Assembly (NCBI GenBank): GCA_019239835.1
Contig: JAFAZJ010000108.1
Location: 1 to 47,908, forward strand
Direction: 5' to 3'
Length of the DNA stretch: 47,908 nt
From: Alphaproteobacteria bacterium
GTDB lineage: Bacteria > Pseudomonadota > Alphaproteobacteria > Reyranellales > Reyranellaceae
Below are positions 8,905 to 16,814 of this stretch, in pieces. The position numbers were made by a program, and so were the translations under genes. Position 1 is the first letter of the stretch, and each line of letters opens with the position of its first letter. The notes under the pieces were generated by a model that saw nothing but the letters and a program-made list of their open reading frames with translations, was not told where the DNA came from and did not search any database.

Positions 8905-10194
8905 ATGTCCCGTACCGAGTCCTTCCCGTCCGCCGCCACGCCGATGCGCGGTGAGCGCCTGACGCTGCTGTATTCCTCGATCAGCCACGGCCTGATGCAC
9001 CTGATGACCGCGTTCTACTCGGTGATCGTGGTGTCGTTGGCCCTGAGCTGGAACGTCCCCGACTACCAGCTGCTGGAGCTCTACGGGCCGGCGGCGATCC
9101 TGCTCGGCGTCGGCGCGCTGCCGGCGGGCTGGCTCAGCGACCGCTGGAGCGCGCCCGGCATGATCGTGATCATGCTGGTGGGCATGGGCCTGAGCTCGAT
9201 CGCCTGCGGCTTCGTGCCGACGGGCGACACGCTGGCGTTGGGCATCGGCCTCGGCGGCATCGGGCTGTTCGGCTCGATCTACCACTCGGTGGGCATCGGC
9301 TGGGTGATCCGCACGGCCTCGCGCCCGGGCCATGCCATGGGCGTCAACGGCCTGTTCGGCAGCGCCGGCCTGGCGCTCTACGGCATCTTCCCGGCGGCGC
9401 TGATCAGCCTGCATTCGTGGCGTGCCGCCTTCATCGTGCCCGGCCTGGTCTGCCTGGCGCTGGCCGTGGCCCTGTGGTGGCACTGGCGCAAGGGCGCGGT
9501 GGGCGACCGGCAGATGCCGGCGACGACCGGCGTGAACCCTGGCCGCGAGGCGTTCTGGCGCGTCTTCATCATCCTGTCGGTCACCATGTTCGTCGAAGGC
9601 GTGCAGTGGCAGGCGATGATCAACGGCGCCGCCCTGCTGTTCACGGGTCGCCTTGCCGGCGAGATCGAGTCGATCCGCTCGTTCTTCGGCCGCTACGGTG
9701 TCGAGACACAGGTGATCCTGTGGGTCGGCCTGGCGACGTCGATGATCTATGTGCTGTCGGGCATCGCGCAGTACGTCATCGGCAACCGCGTGCTCGATCG
9801 CTACCGGCTGAAGACGATCTACGTCGTCGCCACCGGGCTCGGCGCGTTCGCCATGCTGATGGTGGCCGAGGGCAGCGGCCTGGTCGTGCTGGCCGGCGCG
9901 GTGTTCGCGGCGGTCCTCAGCTCGGCCACCGGGCCGGTCGAGAATCTGCTGATCGCGCGCTTCACACCGAGCCGCCTGCACGGCCTGGGCTTCGGCGCGA
10001 AGTTCGTGATCGCCTTCGGCGTCGGCTGGCTGGCGATCAAGCTGATATCAGCCATCAAGGAACGCACCGGCGATCTCGACGTGCTGTTCCTCGGCCTTGC
10101 TATCGCCGCCGTGGCGATGTGCCTGGTGTCCCTGCTGCTGCCCGGCAGCGAGCGCCGGGAAGAGCCGGTCGCGGTCGCGCAGCCGGCGGAGTGA
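8905..10194 (+). CDS. MFS transporter
   Basis: About 12 hydrophobic segments are present, along with the loop motif GWLSDRW (the D-R-x-G-R-like MFS loop 2-3). Confidence 0.8.
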   Translation: MSRTESFPSAATPMRGERLTLLYSSISHGLMHLMTAFYSVIVVSLALSWNVPDYQLLELYGPAAILLGVGALPAGWLSDRWSAPGMIVIMLVGMGLSSIACGFVPTGDTLALGIGLGGIGLFGSIYHSVGIGWVIRTASRPGHAMGVNGLFGSAGLALYGIFPAALISLHSWRAAFIVPGLVCLALAVALWWHWRKGAVGDRQMPATTGVNPGREAFWRVFIILSVTMFVEGVQWQAMINGAALLFTGRLAGEIESIRSFFGRYGVETQVILWVGLATSMIYVLSGIAQYVIGNRVLDRYRLKTIYVVATGLGAFAMLMVAEGSGLVVLAGAVFAAVLSSATGPVENLLIARFTPSRLHGLGFGAKFVIAFGVGWLAIKLISAIKERTGDLDVLFLGLAIAAVAMCLVSLLLPGSERREEPVAVAQPAE

Positions 10195-10197
10195 CTT

Positions 10198-10327
10198 ACC
10201 TTCCCCGGAGGGGGAAGGTGGCAGCGCGCGAAGCGCGATGACGGATGGGGGATGCCTCAACGACTCCTGCGTCCGTCTTCGACATCCCCCATCCGCCCTT
10301 CGGGCACCATCCCCCTCCGGGGGAAGG
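10198..10327. repeat. Nested-palindrome intergenic element, family B copy 1
   Basis: The termini ACCTTCCCCGGAGGGGGAAGGT and ACCATCCCCCTCCGGGGGAAGGT are inverted repeats, and each is self-complementary. Inner arms are GGATGGGGGATG / CATCCCCCATCC. It shares the core GGTGCCCGAAGGGCGGATG with the element at 18581-18739. Confidence 0.85.
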
Positions 10328-10329
10328 TT

Positions 10330-10926
10330 TTATTTCCCGCGAAACGCCGGCCGAGACAGGCAGCGGTCGAGCCAGTTGGCGACGTCGCCGTGGCCGGTCA
10401 TGTCGAGCTTCACCAGCTTGGCCCAACCCATCACCGAAGCGAGGTTGAGGTCGGCGATGGTGAAGGTGTCGCCCAGCAGGTACTGCTTGCCCTCGAGCGT
10501 GTCGTCGAGCACGGCGAGCGGCTTCTGCACCGCCGCCTTGGCGTCGTCGACCGCCTTCGGGTTCTTCTTGTCGGGCGGCGTCATGAAGCTGTCGACGACG
10601 ATCGTCAGCAGGTGCCGCTCGATCTCGGTCATGCCCCAGAACGACCACTGATAGGCAAGGCCTTCGCCTTCGACCGTCGTGGGCCACAGCGCGCCGCCGT
10701 ACTTCTTGGCGAGGTACAGGTTGATCGCCATCGATTCGAACAGCACGAGATCGCCGTCGACCATCGCCGGCATCTTGCCGTTGGGATTGACCTTGAGGAA
10801 CTCGGGGTCCTTCACCGATTTCATGTCGAGCACGACGTGCTCATGCTCGATGCCGCATTCGCGCGCGCACCACAGCGCACGCGCCGCGCGCGACTGCGGC
10901 GAGCCGTAGATCTTCACCTTGGCCAT
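10330..10926 (-). CDS. Glutathione S-transferase family protein
   Basis: Start is MAKVKIYGSPQS, preceded by GGGAGAG. It has an N-terminal thioredoxin-like GST fold (NPNGKMPAMVDGDLVLFESMAINLYL) and a C-terminal helical domain. Confidence 0.85.
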   Translation of the reverse strand: MAKVKIYGSPQSRAARALWCARECGIEHEHVVLDMKSVKDPEFLKVNPNGKMPAMVDGDLVLFESMAINLYLAKKYGGALWPTTVEGEGLAYQWSFWGMTEIERHLLTIVVDSFMTPPDKKNPKAVDDAKAAVQKPLAVLDDTLEGKQYLLGDTFTIADLNLASVMGWAKLVKLDMTGHGDVANWLDRCLSRPAFRGK

Positions 10927-10969
10927 GATCTCTCCCGTTGCATTCCGTGATGCCAAGCGTAGCGAGGAA

Positions 10970-11422
10970 TCAATCCGGCGCCATGCCCTTTTCGGTCAGC
11001 TCCTTGACCGCGTTCTCGTTCTTCGACAGATGCGCCAGACCCATGCCGCGCAGCACGTTCGCCGCCTTCGTGAACTGGATGTTGTCGTAGCCGACGATTT
11101 CGATGCGGTTGCCCCAGGGATCGCGGAAATCGAGGAAGCGGCCGGGCAGGGGCGTGATGCCGGCGTCGAGCAGCGCCTTGCGCACCGCCTCCTTGTCGTC
11201 GACGACGAGGCCGAAGTGGCGGCCATCATCGGACGCCTGCGTGCGACCCTTCTGCAGCGCGATGAACTGGTCGCCAAGGTCGATGAACGCCATGGTCGCG
11301 CTCTTGCCGCGCAGCTTGAAATCGAACAGGCGTCCGTAGAACGCCAAGGCCTCCTCGATGTCGCCGACTTCCAGCGCGACATGATTGAAGCCGACGGCGC
11401 GTGCCCTTCGCGATTCGGACAT
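10970..11422 (-). CDS. VOC family protein (glyoxalase/bleomycin-resistance/dioxygenase fold)
   Basis: Contains FNHVALEVGDIEEALAFY...FGLVVDD...FRDPWGNRIEI. Start chosen at MSESRR. Confidence 0.85.
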   Translation of the reverse strand: MSESRRARAVGFNHVALEVGDIEEALAFYGRLFDFKLRGKSATMAFIDLGDQFIALQKGRTQASDDGRHFGLVVDDKEAVRKALLDAGITPLPGRFLDFRDPWGNRIEIVGYDNIQFTKAANVLRGMGLAHLSKNENAVKELTEKGMAPD

Positions 11423-11439
11423 GGTGTCCTCCTCTATAC

Positions 11440-11497
11440 CTGTCATTCCGAGCGCAGCGAGGATTCCATAGATGTCTCGCTACGCTCGACATGACAG
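11440..11497. repeat. Family A palindromic hairpin repeat (copy 1)
   Basis: The arm CTGTCATTCCGAGCGCAGCGAGGATTC pairs with CTCGCTACGCTCGACATGACAG. It shares its arm sequence with the copies at 25.3, 31.3 and 33.9 kb. Confidence 0.85.
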
Positions 11498-11500
11498 AAA

Positions 11501-12814
11501 CTACTCCGCCGCCTTGGCCGCCGGCTGGTTGGTCTGGCGCAAGGCCTGGTCGAGATCGGCGATGATGTCCTCGACACTCTCGATGCCGATCGACAGGCGC
11601 ACGACATCAGGACCAGCGCCGGCGGCGATGCGCTGCTCCTCGGTGAGCTGGCGATGCGTCGTCGAGGCGGGATGGATCACCAGGCTCTTGGCATCGCCGA
11701 TATTGGCGAGGTGCGAGAACAGCTCCAGCGAATCGACCAGCTTGATGCCCGCGGCGTAACCGCCCTTGACGCCGAAGGTGAAGATCGAGCCGGCGCCCTT
11801 GGGCAGGTACTTCCTGGCCAGCTTGTTGTACTTGTTCGACGGCAGGCCGGCGTAGTTCACCCACGCCACGGCGGGATGCTTCTCGAGATACTCGGCGACC
11901 TTCTGGGCGTTGGCGCAGTGGCGTTCCATGCGCAGGCCCAGGGTCTCGATGCCGAGCATGGTGACCCAGGCGTTGAACGGCGCCTGCGAGGGGCCGAGAT
12001 CGCGCAGGCCCACGGCGTGGCCGTGGAAGGTGTAGGCCATGTCGCCAAAGGTCTCGTAGAAGTTCAGGCCGTGATAGGCCGGCTCCGGCCCGGCGAGGCT
12101 GGGGAACTTGCCACCGCGCGACCAGTCGAACTTGCCCGAGTCGACGATCGCGCCGCCCATCGACGTGCCGGTGCCGCACAGGAACTTGGTCGTGGAGTGC
12201 ACGACCAGCGTCGCGCCGTACTCGATCGGCCGGCACAGGTAGGGCGTGGCCAGCGTGTTGTCGACCAGCAGCGGCACGCCGGCGGACTCGGCGATCTTGG
12301 CGATCGCCTCGATGTCGCACACGACGCCGCCGGGGTTGGCGAGGCTTTCGATGAACAGCACCTTGGTCTTGGGCGTGATGGCCTTGCGGAAATTCTCCGG
12401 ATCATCGGGATCGACGAACACCGCCTTCCAGCCGAACTTGGGATAGGTGTTCTTCATCTGCTGCACCGAGCCGCCATAGAGCTTGGTGCTCGCCACCACC
12501 TCGTCGCCGGGCGACATCAGCGGGAACAGCGCCAGCACCTGGGCCGCGTGGCCCGAGGCGCAGACGATGCCGCCGCGGCCGCCTTCGAGCGCCGCCAGCC
12601 GCGCCTCGAGCGCCGCCGTCGTCGGATTGGTCAGCCGCGAGTAGATGAATCCCACGGTCTGCAGGTTGAACAGCGCCGCGGCGTGATCGGCGTCCTCGAA
12701 GACGTAGGCCGTCGTCTGATGGATCGGCAAGGCGCGTGAGCCGGTGGATGGATCGGGGGCGGCGCCGGCATGGATCGCCAGGGTCTCGAACCCGGGTTTG
12801 CGCTGCTCGCTCAT
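11501..12814 (-). CDS. metY: O-acetylhomoserine aminocarboxypropyltransferase / sulfhydrylase (PLP-dependent)
   Basis: Contains FETLAIHAG, IYSRLTNPT, HSTTKF (PLP lysine) and LSIGIE. The ~437-aa length is typical of MetY. Confidence 0.88.
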   Translation of the reverse strand: MSEQRKPGFETLAIHAGAAPDPSTGSRALPIHQTTAYVFEDADHAAALFNLQTVGFIYSRLTNPTTAALEARLAALEGGRGGIVCASGHAAQVLALFPLMSPGDEVVASTKLYGGSVQQMKNTYPKFGWKAVFVDPDDPENFRKAITPKTKVLFIESLANPGGVVCDIEAIAKIAESAGVPLLVDNTLATPYLCRPIEYGATLVVHSTTKFLCGTGTSMGGAIVDSGKFDWSRGGKFPSLAGPEPAYHGLNFYETFGDMAYTFHGHAVGLRDLGPSQAPFNAWVTMLGIETLGLRMERHCANAQKVAEYLEKHPAVAWVNYAGLPSNKYNKLARKYLPKGAGSIFTFGVKGGYAAGIKLVDSLELFSHLANIGDAKSLVIHPASTTHRQLTEEQRIAAGAGPDVVRLSIGIESVEDIIADLDQALRQTNQPAAKAAE

Positions 12815-12973
12815 GGTGATCTCCGGAACGCGTGGGATGCGGTGAAGCTGACGCCGTCGACCGTGACAATCCGAATGTGTCGGTGGGCAGCCGTGCGATC
12901 CTGCCTTGGTGACAGGGCGGGCGCAACGCGCCTAAATTCGCGCCGCGTTGAACATATATTGAGGAGCCGAGTC

Positions 12974-14197
12974 GTGAACGCCAAGCCCCGGGGCCGTCAG
13001 TTCTTCCAGAATCCCGGACCGACCAATATTCCCGACCGGATCCTGCGCGCGATGGACCGCGCCACGCTCGACTTCCTGAGCGACGAGTTCATGGCGATCC
13101 ATCGCTTCTGTCACGCCGGCGTCAAACGCGTGCTGAAGACGCAGCAGCATCTCTTCATGTACGCCTCCAGCGGTCACGGTGCCTGGGAGGCATCGCTGGT
13201 CAATCTCTTCCAGCCCGGTGACACGGTGCTGATGCTCGAGTCGGGCTATTTCTCCGAGAGCTGGGAGCAGATGGCGACCAATCTCGGCCTGAAGATCGAG
13301 CGCATCGCCGCCGACTGGCGCATGGGCGTGCGCGTTGCCGACGTCGCGCGCCGTCTCGAGGCCGACAAGACGCACCAGATCAAGGCGGTGCTCACGGTGC
13401 ACAACGAGACCGCCACCGGTCTCGCCACGCCGATCGCCGAGATCCGCCGCGCCATCGATGGCACGAAGCATCCGGCGCTGCTGCTGGTCGACACGATCTC
13501 GTCGCTGGGCTGCTACGACTTCAAGATGGACGCCTGGGGCGTCGACGTGTGTGTCGGCGGCAGCCAGAAGGGCCTGATGCTGCCCACCGGCATGTCGTTC
13601 ACCGGCGTGAGCGAGAAGGCCTTCACCCTGTCGAAGAAGCCCGGCCTGCCGCGCCATTACTGGAACTGGGAGATGATGACCAGGCGCGAGCCGCAGAGCT
13701 TCGTCGGCACCACGCCGGTGCATCTGTTCTTCGCGCTGGAAGAATCGATCAAGCTCATCGAGGAGGAGGGGCTCGACGCGATCTTCGCGCGCCACCGCCG
13801 TCTCGCCGACGCCACGCGGGCCGCCGTCCTGCATTGGGGCGGTGCGTCGATGGGCGGCGCCTCGTGCACGACCAAGGGCGTCACCGGCAAGGTCGGCACC
13901 TTGGAGCTGTTCTGTGCCGATCCCTCGCGGCTGTCGGACTCGGTGACCGCGGTGATCGTGCCCGATGGTCACGACGCCAACGCCATGCGCACCGTCGCGC
14001 TCAACCGCTACAACCTGTCGCTCGGCGGCGGGCTGGGCCCGCTGATGGGCCGCGTCTTCCGCATCGGCCACATGGGCGATCTCAACGAGCCGATGCTGCT
14101 GGGCTCGCTGGCCACGGTCGAGCTGGCGTTCAAGACGTCGAACATTCCGTACCGCGAAGGCGGCGTCGACGCGGCGATCAAGTCGCTGGCTGCGTAG
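12974..14197 (+). CDS. Class V aminotransferase (serine-glyoxylate / alanine-glyoxylate aminotransferase family)
   Basis: GTG start is preceded by GAGGAG. Contains NPGPTNIPDRIL, HNETATG and GGSQKGLMLP (PLP Lys). The upstream part of the track ORF overlaps the metY leader and is rejected. Confidence 0.85.
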   Translation: MNAKPRGRQFFQNPGPTNIPDRILRAMDRATLDFLSDEFMAIHRFCHAGVKRVLKTQQHLFMYASSGHGAWEASLVNLFQPGDTVLMLESGYFSESWEQMATNLGLKIERIAADWRMGVRVADVARRLEADKTHQIKAVLTVHNETATGLATPIAEIRRAIDGTKHPALLLVDTISSLGCYDFKMDAWGVDVCVGGSQKGLMLPTGMSFTGVSEKAFTLSKKPGLPRHYWNWEMMTRREPQSFVGTTPVHLFFALEESIKLIEEEGLDAIFARHRRLADATRAAVLHWGGASMGGASCTTKGVTGKVGTLELFCADPSRLSDSVTAVIVPDGHDANAMRTVALNRYNLSLGGGLGPLMGRVFRIGHMGDLNEPMLLGSLATVELAFKTSNIPYREGGVDAAIKSLAA

Positions 14198-14201
14198 CTC
14201 C

Positions 14202-15320
14202 ATGAACCGCCGGCAGTTCGCGTCGCTCCTGATCGGCGGCGCGACTGTCGGCTTTTCCATGCCTGCCCGGGCCGATCGCGAACTCGGCGAAGCGAAGACC
14301 CAGTTCGTCACGCTTAAGGATTTTCGCCTCCAGAGCGGCGTTGTCCTGCCCGAGGTGAGCATCGCTTATCACGCCTTCGGCACGCTGGCGGCCGATGGCC
14401 GCAACGCCGTGCTCCTGATGCACGGCTACACCGCCGGCCATCACATGATCGGCCGGGCCGGCGGCGCGGTGGGCTCATGGGACGTCCTCGCCGGGCCCGG
14501 CAAGGCGATCGATACCGATCGGTTGTTCGTCGTCTCCTCGAACATGCTCGGCTCGTGCTTTGGATCGACCGGACCGGCGTCGATCAACCCGGCCACCGGC
14601 AAGCCCTGGGGACCCGACTTCCCCGCGATCACCGCGATCGACATCGTCACGGCGCAGCGGCGCCTGCTCGAGGCACTGGGCGTGCAGCACGTGCTGGCCG
14701 TCACCGGGCCGTCTTACGGCGGCATGCTGGCGTTCCAGTGGGGCGTGAGCTTTCCGGACTTTGTCGACGCCATCGTGCCGGTAGTCGCCGGCCCCAAGTC
14801 GCACGATTTGGATGCGCCGTTGAAGGTGCTGAGCGACTGGCTGGCGGAGGATCCGAACTGGAATGGCGGCTGGTACTACGACAAGGGCGGGATCGCGGCG
14901 ACAATGGCCGACTTCTACGTCGGCTATCTTGAGAACTACGGCATCGATGCGCAGCTCAGGCCCCGCTTCCCCGATGAAGCGGCGCGCAAGGCGGAAATTC
15001 GCCGCCGGGCCGAAGCGTGGGCTCGCGTGTTCGATGGCAATGCGCTGCTCGCGCTGTATCGCGCCGTCGTGCGCTTCGATGCCGAGAAGGACTTCGCGCG
15101 CCTGAAGGGAAAGAAGGTGCTCTACGTGCTGTCGCGCAGTGACCACGACTACCCGCCATCGATCGCGCCCGGCATCATCGCCAAGATGCGCACAGCGGGC
15201 GCCGATGCGGCCTACTTCGAGATCGACAGCGATCTCGGTCACTTCGCCTCCGGCGCGGACGGCGCCAAATGGGCGCCCCGCCTGCGCGCGTTCATGGACG
15301 GGCTTGATAAGCGCCGTTGA
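14202..15320 (+). CDS. MetX-like (homoserine O-acetyltransferase family) alpha/beta hydrolase with a twin-arginine signal peptide
   Basis: The N-terminus MNRRQFASLLIGGATVGFSMPARA|D gives RRxF, an h-region and AxA. The body resembles MetX (LPEVSIAY..FG.L..DG.NAVLL.HGYT, nucleophile elbow GPSYGG, SRSDHDYPP, LGHFASG). It starts 4 nt after the aminotransferase stop. Confidence 0.8.
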   Translation: MNRRQFASLLIGGATVGFSMPARADRELGEAKTQFVTLKDFRLQSGVVLPEVSIAYHAFGTLAADGRNAVLLMHGYTAGHHMIGRAGGAVGSWDVLAGPGKAIDTDRLFVVSSNMLGSCFGSTGPASINPATGKPWGPDFPAITAIDIVTAQRRLLEALGVQHVLAVTGPSYGGMLAFQWGVSFPDFVDAIVPVVAGPKSHDLDAPLKVLSDWLAEDPNWNGGWYYDKGGIAATMADFYVGYLENYGIDAQLRPRFPDEAARKAEIRRRAEAWARVFDGNALLALYRAVVRFDAEKDFARLKGKKVLYVLSRSDHDYPPSIAPGIIAKMRTAGADAAYFEIDSDLGHFASGADGAKWAPRLRAFMDGLDKRR

Positions 15321-15412
15321 CAGCGGCGCACATGTGCTAGTCTGCGACCTAAGTAAGCATAAGCGGCGATGCCATCGCATCCGCCGCATCGAAATTCGGG
15401 GGAGGTTTCGTG

Positions 15413-15673
15413 ATGCCGAGGATCTTTTCGGGCAAGCTTGTCCGCGTCGCCGCTGCGGCGCTGTTCGCCACGGCGTTTGGCATTGCCGCCACACCTGGTC
15501 ACGCCGGGATGGGGGTTGGCAAAAAGGGCGACGGCAAGGGCCCTGCCAGCCCGCCAGGCGACGCCGGTGGCACTGCCAAGAAGACACCGGGCAAGGGTGA
15601 ACCCGCAACTGAGGGCAATACCAACGATGGCGGTGCCAAGGGACCTGCGAAGGGAACTGCCAAGGGCAAGTAG
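15413..15673 (+). CDS. Small secreted Gly/Lys/Pro-rich low-complexity protein
   Basis: GGGGGAGG lies 8 nt upstream of the ATG. The signal peptide is MPRIFSGKLVRVAAAALFATAFGIAATPGHA. The mature ~55 aa are GKKGDGKGPA...AKGPAKGTAKGK. The stop lies 19 nt before the next gene. Confidence 0.45.
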   Translation: MPRIFSGKLVRVAAAALFATAFGIAATPGHAGMGVGKKGDGKGPASPPGDAGGTAKKTPGKGEPATEGNTNDGGAKGPAKGTAKGK

Positions 15674-15692
15674 CAGACGAACGGAGGAAGCG

Positions 15693-16814
15693 ATGAACCG
15701 GCGGGACTTCACGGCGCTTACGATCGGTGGCGTGGCGGCCGCCTGGGCATCGTCGGCCGATGCCGAAGGCGAGCTGGTCGACGTCAAAACCGAGCTGTTC
15801 AAGATCAAGGACTACCGCCTCGAAAGCGGCGTCGTCATGCCCGAGGTGACGATCGCCTACCAGATCTACGGCAAGCTCGCCGCCGACGGCCGCAACGCCG
15901 TGCTGCTGACGCACGGTTACACCAGCAGCCATCACATGGCCGGCCGCATGTCGGGCGGCAGCGGCGAGGGCTCGTGGGACGGCCTGGTTGGCCCGGGCAA
16001 GTCGATCGACACCAACAAATTGTTCGTCGTGTCCTCGAACATGCTGGGCTCGTCCTACGGCTCGACCAGCCCGGCCTTCACCAATCCGGCCACTGGCAAG
16101 CCCTACGGCCCCGATTTCCCCGACATCACCGTCGTCGACATCATCACGGCGCAGAAGCGGCTGCTCGACTCGCTGGGCGTGAAGCATCTCGTCGCCGTGG
16201 CCGGCCCCTCCTATGGCGGCACGCAGACCTTCCAGTGGGGCGTGAGCTTCCCCGATTTCATGGACGGCATCGTGCCGGTCGTGTCGGCGCCGCGCTCGGC
16301 GGCTGGTGCCGGCGCGGTGCAGCAGCTGATCGGCCAGCTCGCCGAGGATCCGAACTGGAACGGCGGCTGGTACTACGACAAGGGCGGAATCGTGCCGACG
16401 CTCACCAAGCTGCGCATCGCCACGCTCAAACGCTACGGCATCGACGACCAGCTCAAGGCGCAGTTCCCCGACGTCGCCCAGCGCGAGGCCGAGATCAAGC
16501 GCCGCGCCGAGACGTGGTCGAAAGTCTTCGACGGCAATTCGCTGGTCGTCCTGCGCAAGGCCTCGGTGCGCTTCGACGCGGCCAAGGATTTCACCAAGCT
16601 CAAGGCCAAGGTGCTCTACGTGCTGTCGCGCACCGACAAGGTGTTCCCGCCGACGCTCGCGCCCGGCGTGATGGCCCAGCTCAAGGCGGTCGGTGCCGAC
16701 GCCGACTATTTCGAGATCGACAGCGAGATGGGCCACTCGGCCTCGGGCCTTGACGCCGCCAAATGGGCGCCGCGCCTGCGCACGTTCATGGCCTCGCTGG
16801 AGAAGCGCAGCTAG
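15693..16814 (+). CDS. MetX-like alpha/beta hydrolase with a twin-arginine signal peptide (paralogue of 14202-15320)
   Basis: The N-terminus is MNRRDFTALTIGGVAAAWASSADA|E. It is collinear with the upstream paralogue and shares GPSYGG, SRTDKVFPP and MGHSASG. GGAGGAAG precedes the ATG. Confidence 0.8.
   Translation: MNRRDFTALTIGGVAAAWASSADAEGELVDVKTELFKIKDYRLESGVVMPEVTIAYQIYGKLAADGRNAVLLTHGYTSSHHMAGRMSGGSGEGSWDGLVGPGKSIDTNKLFVVSSNMLGSSYGSTSPAFTNPATGKPYGPDFPDITVVDIITAQKRLLDSLGVKHLVAVAGPSYGGTQTFQWGVSFPDFMDGIVPVVSAPRSAAGAGAVQQLIGQLAEDPNWNGGWYYDKGGIVPTLTKLRIATLKRYGIDDQLKAQFPDVAQREAEIKRRAETWSKVFDGNSLVVLRKASVRFDAAKDFTKLKAKVLYVLSRTDKVFPPTLAPGVMAQLKAVGADADYFEIDSEMGHSASGLDAAKWAPRLRTFMASLEKRS

Noticed and set aside
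8458-9981. A 507-aa minus-strand ORF
   Set aside because: It is antisense to the cutA and MFS transporter genes, and its composition is low-complexity Arg/Ala/Asp/His. This is a shadow ORF.
12815-12973. A possible SAM-II or other SAM riboswitch in the ~160-nt metY leader / divergent intergenic region
   Set aside because: I read the minus-strand leader and found no AAAGCU-type 3' pseudoknot element and no other SAM-II hallmark I could recognise. Only a modest hairpin (CAACGCG...CGCGTTG) is present. A covariance-model scan (Rfam SAM-II, SAM-V, SAM-SAH) would settle this.
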